DNA of 64,000 nucleotides from positions 64,001-128,000 of IMG/VR virus record IMGVR_UViG_3300049830_000285, one strand, 5' to 3'. Origin of the DNA: a virus. Made by a program: the position numbers and the translations under genes. Positions within the stretch are counted from its first letter, which is position 1, and each line of letters begins with the position of its first letter. Positions 47,359 through 56,773 of this stretch are shown here, in pieces. The notes below the pieces were generated by a model. The model was not told the DNA's origin. It searched no databases and worked only from the letters and a program-made list of their open reading frames with translations.

Positions 47359-50300
47359 ATGATTAAAACATCAAAATATTCATATAACATGTTGGAGCTA
47401 GGGGACATTTGGTACCCCGGCTATGACCGTGAAAATATGGAGACGGTTGAAAATCAAATCAATGCTTTAATTAGCTTTGTTGGGCCTGGTGTTATTGATG
47501 GCTGGGATGTAACAAAAATTAGTATTCCGAGTGGAGATGACGTTACTGATGCCACATATAGGTCTGAACAACTTGCATTAATCCAAGCATATGATGCAGA
47601 CCCATATTCAAGACTTGGGCGGCAATTTGCCTTACTAGGCCTTGTATCTTCACTAAATAGCTGTCAGGCGGCGTCTGTATCGAACTTAACACTCTCTGGA
47701 TTGCAAAAAATTGACGGAATAGACATAGTTGCTGGCAATCGTGTTTTAGTTAAAAATCAAACCACACAAACACAAAATGGTATTTATGTGGCAGCTAGCG
47801 GCGCATGGAGTCGCTCAACTGATTTCGATAATAATTCAGAACTATCCGCAAATATGATAATTCGTGTTTTGAGCGGTTCAGATAACGCCAATACACTTTG
47901 GGCGCTATCACCGCCTATAACGGCAAGTGCCTCGCCTTATGCATATACCATTGGAACAAACAAATTGTTTTTCCATGATGCTTGGGAACAAGTGATTCGA
48001 GTAACAACGGGACATGGATTTGTTGGCAAATGGGCAGCTAGAACTGATGTTATAGCTTATTTCAGATTCACGACAACTAATATTTACTACGCCTGGGTGG
48101 AAGCAAGCAATTGTTTGGTAACCGAGGGGTTGGCAGCTATTGTAGTTCCTCTTGACCCAGATATTGATTTTGATTTAACGCACACTGCTGCGTTTCTTTC
48201 AGAAATCTGGGTAAGTCAAAAAAACAACGCAAATAATAATGGCGATTATCGAATTTATATCGACCGTATTGTTTACAGTGATAAAAGACAGGTGTTAAAA
48301 GATTTAGCATCAGCCTTAGACAAAGCGCTGAAAAAAGCATTTTACAGACACGTTCATCTTGGCGGCAGCGACCATCCTAGTAAAATCAACCTAAGCACAA
48401 AGCTTGTGCTCGATGCAGTTGGGCCAGAGGGAAGCACAATATTCTTAATTAAGGATAGTAAGGGTAATACTTTCACCTGGAACGCATCGGATTATGGATT
48501 GCCGATTGTAAAGCTAAACGATGTTGAGCTTCCGATTACATCATATGTTATTAATTCTACTCAAGGTAAGTTGTATCTTCAAAATAGTATCAGCTCAGGC
48601 TCAACCTTAAAAGTGATTTTGCCATTGGCTAAACAAGTTAAATTAACAATTCAATCAGATTCTGATATAGTTGACGCATTTATTTATCTTACTGATGGCA
48701 CTAAAAGATTTGATTCGGATGGAAACCCTAATGGTAATCAAATTTATACCTGGGATGCAGGATTATATCATACTCCAGTGGTGATGTTAAAAGGCGATGT
48801 TGTTGACCCTCTGGTCATTCCTTATACGATTAATGCAAGCCGTGGCGGAATCGCATTTCTTCCCGCATTAGATGGTGCAACATATGTCGATACTGACTTA
48901 GAAGTAATTATCACTCATATTGCTGATGAAATTACTGGAAAACTATCTGGCAAGAGATTAAAGAATATTGATGCATCTACATTTACTATTGGCAAATTAG
49001 ATACTAAGAGAATGTACGGTCTGAGCCATGTTGGTCAAAATAGGCACATGGAACTAGCTGAGTTGCGCCCAACTCTAAGATTGTTTGATTCTGGCGACCA
49101 CACTACATTTTACGCAGAAGTTCCCGGTAGCGAGCTACAGCACACAACGGATATATTTGCGATTTATCAATCTCAAAATTTCATAGGACAAAATACACTT
49201 CTTGGTTCAAAACATGGCTTATTGCAAACATCAGACTATGTTGCTGCTATATTGCAGCCAAATTGGATAGCTGACAGTGGACAAATTGTTCAGATTATTG
49301 ATAATCTTTTGATACCTAAAAATACGAATCATTTTGCAAATACTTTTGTGCGAACATGGGATGATTCTTTAACCCCTCGAACTGGTAGAATATTTTCCAC
49401 TAAAGACCGGGGTTTATCTTGGCAGCGATTAAAGATGCCGACAATTGCTACAGACACAAGCACCATAACAGCACTTGCAACAGCGTTTCAGGTTTCAACA
49501 GAGCGTATCGAAACTTCCACGGGATTGGCGAAAACATATGAATGGTATACGATATATAATCTTGGAACCAACCATGGTTTATACTCAGCGCAAATCAAAG
49601 AAGGCTTGGCGGATGATGAATGGGAGTGGACTTATCAATCTTATTTATCAACTAACACTAAAGTTTACGCAGTTTTGGAAATAGTTACCTTACACGAAAC
49701 ATGGGATAATGACGGTAATCTCACCGAGACATTTGACAGAAGTGTCTACGTCGGCGCTGAAACTGGATTTTTTGTCAACGGATATCTTGTAAGTAATGCA
49801 ATTGTAAAAGGCATTTACTGGCTTCAAGGTGGCACAGACCCAAGAAAAAATAATATCATTTGGCATACAGACCATGAAGTGTATGTAACGCATACATCTG
49901 AATTAATTGAAACAGATAATGCTCGATATTACAATCATCCATTAGTGTATTTCAAGCAAGCTGATATTGTTCAACTAACAGATGCTAAAGCTTCAACTAC
50001 TAGCAATATCACTGATTTCGTGACTTCATGCCCATCTACTGTTGATGGCGTGGCTTTAATTGCCAATGACAGAGTATTAGTAAAAAATCAAACTAATAGT
50101 ATTCAAAATGGAGTTTATACAGTTACAACTGTTGGTGCTGGTTCGAATGGACATTGGATACGCGCCACAGATATGGCGGCAGCAGTAACAGCTACAAGTG
50201 AATTCTACATTCGAGTGACCAACGGCAATATTTTTGGTGGAAGCGCTTGGCATGTTAAAACCACTACATTAATTAACACTGATGCATTGAATTGGATAAA

Positions 50301-53300
50301 TTTGATTTTACGCCCAATTAACGATACATCTCGCACATTCAACAATTTACATCAACATGCATTTGACCCTAGTATCTATTTCGCTTTAACAGACAGCAAT
50401 ATTTATCGTATTGATGATGTGTATGATGACGGAACTGATTCATGGACTGCGTTATCCGCATCTCAATTGATTTGGGAGGAAATGAATCAAGGAAGTCCAA
50501 GATGTATTATTTCGGACAGCACCGGAGATTTTGGAGTATTACGAGTCGGGACTAACAGGGGCATTTGGAAAAGTGCAAAAGCTGTCTGGGATAATACTGA
50601 TGTTAATGCGCCCTGGGTAAGAACAAGCCAACAATTCTTGACTTCACATGAACCCACTGTCTTCGTTGCAACTGATTTCTCAGACTATACAGAGTCGGTT
50701 GAATACAGCCACACACCGCCGACACCAACTTTGCAGCACAGCGTTGCTTATCAAGGATTTATTTGGGATACACCTAAACAACCTTGGGATAATTTCGTCT
50801 TTGAAAAAGATTACACAACATTTTGGGTAAATCCGTGGAATGGCGATAATGCCGATGTTGTGGTGTATATTGGAAACACCCCGAGTGATACGAACTATAT
50901 TTTAACACCAGAGCTGGGCAAAATACAATTTACATCAACTATTGGTCGCACCAATGCTCGCAAGGTCAAAATCACTATTCTTAGACCGGGCGCGTTTATT
51001 TCTGACATTGGCACAATTCCACACGGTGAAATGCCCAATAGTTTTGTAACAAATGCCACTCAATCAACTGTTTTGAGTCAGGATTTTACTGCTCAAGATA
51101 CGATTATTCATGTTGCTGATGAGGGGGCAATTCCTGTTGGAACCAATTATATCGAACTCAGAAACAGTATTAATCGCGAAAGACTTAATATTGTGGTGAA
51201 TCCAAGTACAAAAGAAATTACATTAGCTCATCCGCGCTCTGGAATTGTTACATTTCCAAAAACTACAACAAAGGTCTATGTAGTCAATGTTCAATCAGTT
51301 TTGGGTATTGAAGATGAAATAACTAAAAAACAAACCAACGAAACATATCATTTAAATTCTCTTGGCGGCGTAAATACAATCCAGCTTTCTATTGCTGCAA
51401 AAAATCATTACACTTCACCATCACTGTTTGACAATTATGGAAGTTATGCAAGACATGGATATAATGCTGACCGCGGCCCAAAAAATGCAATGTTTTTTGA
51501 TTTTGGAACAGACCCATATGATTCCACAAAATCCTCGTCAGCTTTTTACGTGGGCAACGACCCATTTGGTGGCATAGATTCTGCTGTAGAACCAACTTCT
51601 GTTTACTCTATTTATGGCGCTTCTCCATCAGGTGATAACATGCAGGTTGGAACCGACCAGGGCATGTGGTATTATTCATTATCAGAATCTCGATGGCTCA
51701 AATCCAGCTCATTGGGTCAGGCGCATAGAACTTATTTTATTCAAAATGTAGACTCTGTTTTGACAACTGGTACTGATTCGGGTGTTTATCAAAAAAACAA
51801 CAATAGCTGGGCTTTAAACGCAACATATCCACAAACTGCTTTTGCCCAAGTTGACAATCAGCCCTGGAAAACAATTGGTGATGTCACCTATACTTATGAT
51901 GCATGGGGTAAAGAAGATGGTTTGGCTTTCATTTTGCATCAAAGCGATTCATCAACTTTTGTTTCAGACCATTTTGATGCATTAGATGGAAGACGAGTTT
52001 ACGGGTTGCACCATGACCAATTTATTCGCGTTAGCACAGATAGCCAGGGCAATACAACGCAAACTCTAGTAAATACATTGTATTTAGCCACAGAAGATGG
52101 ATTATTTGCTGTTACCGAGGGTGGAAGAGATAGTAAATATAGTTCTGTTTTAACTGGCAGACAAATGTTTGGCGATAGCCGACCTATGATTGATGTGGCA
52201 CTTCCAAGCGGCGGCACACAATCAGTTCCTGTAAAATTCTATAGCATAACAAAATCGCAAAGACCAAATAGTATTCCAATGATACTGTTCTCAAGTAATG
52301 GTGTTTATGTTGTTCGAAATTGGAGATGGTGTGACCCAGACCCCGCAGCCGCCCCTCCTGTTCTAGATTTCTTCGCGGAATCTCACAGTTTAGCTGGAAT
52401 TTCATGCTACAGTTATCTGCAAACTTCTGAAGGCACAACACCAGTTGTCTACAAGCTCTTTGTAGCCACAGAAAAGGGTGTGTATAGAAGTTATAACGAT
52501 GGTTATACCTGGGAGCGCTGTGAGCGCATTGCAGGCGGTGATACGGCTGTTTATACTCTTGTGTCTTCTGGAACTGGTATTCTCGCAGGAACTGAACTTG
52601 GCTTTTATTATTCCGATGACGACGGAGATACATGGTATCTTCCAGAAGATAACGGAAATGGTGTAGCTGAATTTGCCTCAGTTGTGTCAACTTCTATTGC
52701 TTTCAATGGTGGATATTTAGCGCAAACTTTTAAACTAGATGCAATATCTAATGATGTTACCAAAGTCGCACTCCATCTATCTCTTAAAGATTTGACGAAT
52801 AACCCTGCCTATAATGCATCGTTGAACAACACCCTTCAAGTTGCAATCTACACCACTAGTGGTGGTCAGCCAAATTCTCCAATCGCGACAGTCGGGACAC
52901 CTGATACAATTTTAGCTAGCGATGTTGCTTTTAGAGGTTGGCATTATGCCAATATATCTGTTACTGGATTAACACCCGGTGCGACCTATGCTCTCGTTGT
53001 CAATGAAAATATTGCACCGGGTGGCGTGTCTGCTTTCAAATGGCACACCTCCAAAGTGTTGAATCCCTACCCTGAGGGAAAAGCGTTTCAAGGGGCGTCT
53101 TGGACTTCTTTAACAACTCAGGATTACTACTTTAGAGTGTATCAGCCAGCACCTCCAATTGCTACTGAAACTATTGAGCCTGTTGGCTATTATGACAACA
53201 CACATCCTATCGGCTGGAGAGAAGGCGAGGGCAGGGGATGGTATGTATCAGGCGGACAATTAACTTCTAATATCAATCCATTAATTAGTTTAGTGGTAGA

Positions 53301-55983
53301 TGACTCCCGTTCTGCAAAATGGAGTGACCCAAGTGTGACTAATCCAAGAGAAATTGCGATTAGCAATTTCTTATCCACAATCTTTCAGTTTACTGATGTT
53401 GTCCTTTCTGGAACTATATTTCCTGAGTTAGCGGGCGAAACATTTTATCCAACATTTGCTGATTTCTGGGTGTTTGGCTCTGGAATATTAGAGCGAACAA
53501 ACGGTTACACTAATGATTTAATTGGAACTATTCAAGTTGTGGCATCAGCATTATATGAACGGGGTTCGTTAAGTGAACCTTATGATACATCAGAAATAGC
53601 TTTTGGTGCGCTTTCGCCACAGTCATTAGCCGATGCAATCGTAAAAGATAATGATGAAGATAACAACATTGAAAGAACAAAACGCATAGTTGAATATATG
53701 AATTCAATCGGAGCTTTAAATCATGATGATATCGTTACTTATTGGAATTCATTAGCTGTCAGCGAACAAAGTGAATGGGGCACTACTGGTGGATTTTTAG
53801 ATTCTAATATTCCATATTACTCTGACGTTAGAGGTTTTGTTCTTGGAAGATTCGGAGAATTATTCTGTCCGTTGGCAGTTGCTATTGTTGATGGTGACGG
53901 CGAGGGAAATCCATCAGATGTAGCATTAATGTTACAAAGCGGCTGGGATGCAGACGGCATCAAGCCATTAGTTCTAGGATTGGGTTCTGGTCATCGACAG
54001 CAAGGGCTTAGAACAATGGCAACAGAAGCGCTTGGAAAACATGTTTCAATTGTAGATGGAACAGTCTCTACTGGAGATTGGGATAATACCATAATATCTA
54101 TTTTACCGGGTGGCGAAAATACGGTTTATACTGCTATTTGGAATAGGATTTATGATTATGAAGAACCCACTTTCATTAGTGTAGTCGGAGCAAATTGGAT
54201 TTCAACTATCGGGTCAAGCGTAGTTCTTCAATACCGATATACCATGGATAGAGTAAATTGGTCTCCTTGGATAACACATAGTGGTGGCGGGTCTGAACTT
54301 ACCATCGGTCTTAAGCTTCTGGGAATTGAATATCATGTAGAATTGCAAGAAGGTATAGACTTTGGGGAAAAATCGCTATCTAGTATTAGCTCTCTATATC
54401 ACAAAGTTATCACTCCTGGGTATAAGTATTTATTTACAAAACCGCAAGATGTTGATGGTATGGTGTTTGAGTATTTGTTATCTCAAGACACAGGAACAGA
54501 TTGGCCTTCAACTGCCGATTTACAATGGGGAATCATAAGAGGCGACTCTGTTGATTTCGCTGATTTCGAACAAATGCGCAAAAACCGAAAGGGCGCTTTG
54601 CCAAATCGACAGGCAAGCTTGCAATTTACAGAAGAAGTAAAGCAAGATAAATTAGCTACCGTTACAAGTGATTTTCATTACTATTATGTAAAGAATAGCG
54701 CTGGACAAACAGTTACATGGTCAACTACAGACATCATTACCGTTTATGCGCTTGTGCTGGGGCAATATCGCGAAGTAGTCCCGGATGGTTCTGATGGTGA
54801 TTTTGGATTTGTGTATTTTGCAAATGCTCAACCATCAGATTTGATTATCAAAGTAACAATTGTAACACCTCAGCATTTGTACACATCTAGCGGAGAAGCC
54901 ACCACTACAAAAGATGGGCGAACTTATGTTCTGGCTAATGGTAGCTGGCCGAAAGACGCAACTGCGATAGTTATTGTTAATGGAAAAATCAAACGCGGGG
55001 GATTCTGGTTATCTCCAGATGATGGTACTGTCACTTTTTCCAAAGAAAGAGAGAGAACAGACCTCGTAACAGTATATATTGAATTTAATCATAAATTCCG
55101 CGTGGGAGTGGAAATTAAGAACTACTCTACTGTTTCAGATGTTACACCGTCGAACTTTGGTTTGTTCTATACAGCTAAGCCAGATGGAAGATTGGTTTTC
55201 TTATATGACAATACTAATCCTCCAGCTATTGTTGACAATCTTGTTTCTATCTTACCAAATGGATATCATGAGCCAACATCGAGTCAGAGATTGCTTTTGA
55301 ATTATGTGTTTTATTCTAGTGACAACAACACTGAGCGCGGCACAAAAACAACATGGTGGAGAAAAAGACCATCAGACCCGGCTACATATTCACTGCCAGA
55401 AGACCCCGATTATCCAGGACAAAACTTCCGGCAAATGACTTATGAAAATATTGAAACAGTTGGAATGACCAATAGACACTTCCCGGAATACAACAATCGT
55501 ACTGTTGAGCGAAAAGCAGATGTTAATGCGAGCGATTGGTTTAAGACTTCAGATATTATTCGAGTGAAAGTCACTCCATCTGATGGAATATCTGATGGAA
55601 TTATAGTTCAATCGTCTGCGACAACTCTTACAGGTGAGCATGTTCCATATGTATCTGGTGTAACTATTTCTGCGACTGGCAAGGTTGAAGAGCCTGCATC
55701 TAGTGGTAAGTTTTACGTTCCTGCTGGAACCGAGCTGCGAGCTTATTATTCATACACAGACACGGACACGGGAACTGTTGTTATCAATGGCACCACCCAC
55801 ACTAGTTTAGTGGAATGGTTTGTTAATGACTCAACTACTGTTTATTCGACGCTGCCAGCGATTCCAGCGGGAACTATTACGGCAGGCCAATCAATTAGCT
55901 TTAGAGTTACACCAAGAGACGGGGCTTTACCTAGCGCTCACATTGGAATTCCAGTAATGAGCGAAAATGTGGTTGTTCGTTAA
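47359..55983 (+). CDS. Giant tail-tip/adhesin-type protein (2874 aa) with Asp-box propellers and vWA domain
   Basis: TKDRGLSW, SYNDGYTW, SDDDGDTW Asp-boxes; VVDDSRS MIDAS; two RVLVKNQ..NGxY modules. Confidence 0.7.
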   Translation: MIKTSKYSYNMLELGDIWYPGYDRENMETVENQINALISFVGPGVIDGWDVTKISIPSGDDVTDATYRSEQLALIQAYDADPYSRLGRQFALLGLVSSLNSCQAASVSNLTLSGLQKIDGIDIVAGNRVLVKNQTTQTQNGIYVAASGAWSRSTDFDNNSELSANMIIRVLSGSDNANTLWALSPPITASASPYAYTIGTNKLFFHDAWEQVIRVTTGHGFVGKWAARTDVIAYFRFTTTNIYYAWVEASNCLVTEGLAAIVVPLDPDIDFDLTHTAAFLSEIWVSQKNNANNNGDYRIYIDRIVYSDKRQVLKDLASALDKALKKAFYRHVHLGGSDHPSKINLSTKLVLDAVGPEGSTIFLIKDSKGNTFTWNASDYGLPIVKLNDVELPITSYVINSTQGKLYLQNSISSGSTLKVILPLAKQVKLTIQSDSDIVDAFIYLTDGTKRFDSDGNPNGNQIYTWDAGLYHTPVVMLKGDVVDPLVIPYTINASRGGIAFLPALDGATYVDTDLEVIITHIADEITGKLSGKRLKNIDASTFTIGKLDTKRMYGLSHVGQNRHMELAELRPTLRLFDSGDHTTFYAEVPGSELQHTTDIFAIYQSQNFIGQNTLLGSKHGLLQTSDYVAAILQPNWIADSGQIVQIIDNLLIPKNTNHFANTFVRTWDDSLTPRTGRIFSTKDRGLSWQRLKMPTIATDTSTITALATAFQVSTERIETSTGLAKTYEWYTIYNLGTNHGLYSAQIKEGLADDEWEWTYQSYLSTNTKVYAVLEIVTLHETWDNDGNLTETFDRSVYVGAETGFFVNGYLVSNAIVKGIYWLQGGTDPRKNNIIWHTDHEVYVTHTSELIETDNARYYNHPLVYFKQADIVQLTDAKASTTSNITDFVTSCPSTVDGVALIANDRVLVKNQTNSIQNGVYTVTTVGAGSNGHWIRATDMAAAVTATSEFYIRVTNGNIFGGSAWHVKTTTLINTDALNWINLILRPINDTSRTFNNLHQHAFDPSIYFALTDSNIYRIDDVYDDGTDSWTALSASQLIWEEMNQGSPRCIISDSTGDFGVLRVGTNRGIWKSAKAVWDNTDVNAPWVRTSQQFLTSHEPTVFVATDFSDYTESVEYSHTPPTPTLQHSVAYQGFIWDTPKQPWDNFVFEKDYTTFWVNPWNGDNADVVVYIGNTPSDTNYILTPELGKIQFTSTIGRTNARKVKITILRPGAFISDIGTIPHGEMPNSFVTNATQSTVLSQDFTAQDTIIHVADEGAIPVGTNYIELRNSINRERLNIVVNPSTKEITLAHPRSGIVTFPKTTTKVYVVNVQSVLGIEDEITKKQTNETYHLNSLGGVNTIQLSIAAKNHYTSPSLFDNYGSYARHGYNADRGPKNAMFFDFGTDPYDSTKSSSAFYVGNDPFGGIDSAVEPTSVYSIYGASPSGDNMQVGTDQGMWYYSLSESRWLKSSSLGQAHRTYFIQNVDSVLTTGTDSGVYQKNNNSWALNATYPQTAFAQVDNQPWKTIGDVTYTYDAWGKEDGLAFILHQSDSSTFVSDHFDALDGRRVYGLHHDQFIRVSTDSQGNTTQTLVNTLYLATEDGLFAVTEGGRDSKYSSVLTGRQMFGDSRPMIDVALPSGGTQSVPVKFYSITKSQRPNSIPMILFSSNGVYVVRNWRWCDPDPAAAPPVLDFFAESHSLAGISCYSYLQTSEGTTPVVYKLFVATEKGVYRSYNDGYTWERCERIAGGDTAVYTLVSSGTGILAGTELGFYYSDDDGDTWYLPEDNGNGVAEFASVVSTSIAFNGGYLAQTFKLDAISNDVTKVALHLSLKDLTNNPAYNASLNNTLQVAIYTTSGGQPNSPIATVGTPDTILASDVAFRGWHYANISVTGLTPGATYALVVNENIAPGGVSAFKWHTSKVLNPYPEGKAFQGASWTSLTTQDYYFRVYQPAPPIATETIEPVGYYDNTHPIGWREGEGRGWYVSGGQLTSNINPLISLVVDDSRSAKWSDPSVTNPREIAISNFLSTIFQFTDVVLSGTIFPELAGETFYPTFADFWVFGSGILERTNGYTNDLIGTIQVVASALYERGSLSEPYDTSEIAFGALSPQSLADAIVKDNDEDNNIERTKRIVEYMNSIGALNHDDIVTYWNSLAVSEQSEWGTTGGFLDSNIPYYSDVRGFVLGRFGELFCPLAVAIVDGDGEGNPSDVALMLQSGWDADGIKPLVLGLGSGHRQQGLRTMATEALGKHVSIVDGTVSTGDWDNTIISILPGGENTVYTAIWNRIYDYEEPTFISVVGANWISTIGSSVVLQYRYTMDRVNWSPWITHSGGGSELTIGLKLLGIEYHVELQEGIDFGEKSLSSISSLYHKVITPGYKYLFTKPQDVDGMVFEYLLSQDTGTDWPSTADLQWGIIRGDSVDFADFEQMRKNRKGALPNRQASLQFTEEVKQDKLATVTSDFHYYYVKNSAGQTVTWSTTDIITVYALVLGQYREVVPDGSDGDFGFVYFANAQPSDLIIKVTIVTPQHLYTSSGEATTTKDGRTYVLANGSWPKDATAIVIVNGKIKRGGFWLSPDDGTVTFSKERERTDLVTVYIEFNHKFRVGVEIKNYSTVSDVTPSNFGLFYTAKPDGRLVFLYDNTNPPAIVDNLVSILPNGYHEPTSSQRLLLNYVFYSSDNNTERGTKTTWWRKRPSDPATYSLPEDPDYPGQNFRQMTYENIETVGMTNRHFPEYNNRTVERKADVNASDWFKTSDIIRVKVTPSDGISDGIIVQSSATTLTGEHVPYVSGVTISATGKVEEPASSGKFYVPAGTELRAYYSYTDTDTGTVVINGTTHTSLVEWFVNDSTTVYSTLPAIPAGTITAGQSISFRVTPRDGALPSAHIGIPVMSENVVVR

Positions 55984-56765
55984 TCTAAAACGACATGTGG
56001 ATATTGTGCTACATCATCAAGCAAATCTTGATTGGAAAATTGTTTTCTGTTAATAGTTCTCCAACCATTGCTTGAAAGTGTTTTGTCCGAGGGACAGATG
56101 CTTCTCGTGGTTCTTCCATGCTCACCGTAATGCAAAATTTGAGCATTGTGAATTCTGTCATGTGGATTTTTCGACCTATCAAGGCGAATAAAATCATCTT
56201 CAAGAAATCTCTCCAATCGCACTCTAAATGCCCACATTAATTCTCCATGGCAAACAATTACAACGTTTTTGTCACCAGAATATTCACGATGTAAAGTGTC
56301 TAACACTCTATCTACGCGAAGGCAAAGATTAGAAATTGATTCTCCGTTTGGCGGAGCACCATAAAATGGGTCTTCTTGCTTGAAAGAAGAAGCGCCTGTT
56401 CTTTCAACAAAATCGCGTAATCCGACATCTCCCCAATCTCGCTCACGAAGATATGGTTCAACTTTCCATTGGGCATCTTTAAGATTTAAAGCAGCAGCGG
56501 TTTCTTTTGCGCGAACAAAATCAGATACAAAAAAACCATCGAATTTCAGCTTGATGTTATGCCTTAAATAATCGCCAGCCACTTCAGCTTGTTGGTGACC
56601 AAGTTCGGTTAATCGCCACTTCGAACCAGTTCTGCTCAATACAGATTTGTCTAATGCATCGAATTGCCTAGTTCCTTGGCGCAATTCATGCACCAATTTG
56701 TTAAATTCTGATTCACCATGTCGAACTAAGATGATATTTTTTGGTAACACATTATATGTTACCAT
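55980..56765 (-). CDS. Histidine phosphatase (phosphoglycerate mutase superfamily)
   Basis: IILVRHGESEFN, SDFVRAKETA, LRERDWG, VIVCHGEL. Confidence 0.9.
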   Translation of the reverse strand: MVTYNVLPKNIILVRHGESEFNKLVHELRQGTRQFDALDKSVLSRTGSKWRLTELGHQQAEVAGDYLRHNIKLKFDGFFVSDFVRAKETAAALNLKDAQWKVEPYLRERDWGDVGLRDFVERTGASSFKQEDPFYGAPPNGESISNLCLRVDRVLDTLHREYSGDKNVVIVCHGELMWAFRVRLERFLEDDFIRLDRSKNPHDRIHNAQILHYGEHGRTTRSICPSDKTLSSNGWRTINRKQFSNQDLLDDVAQYPHVVLD

Positions 56766-56773
56766 AAATATTC

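Noticed and set aside
24280-55983. Bacterial eCIS/tailocin locus or eukaryotic giant-virus origin
   Set aside because: No sheath, tube or AAA ATPase cassette and no host housekeeping context; SD sites, sigma70-like boxes, overlapping genes and Rnl1 fit a bacteriophage better.
55980-56765. Naming the phosphatase gpmA/gpmB or calling it the Pnk partner of Rnl1
   Set aside because: Only superfamily motifs are visible; T4 Pnk phosphatase is HAD-type and the substrate cannot be inferred from sequence.
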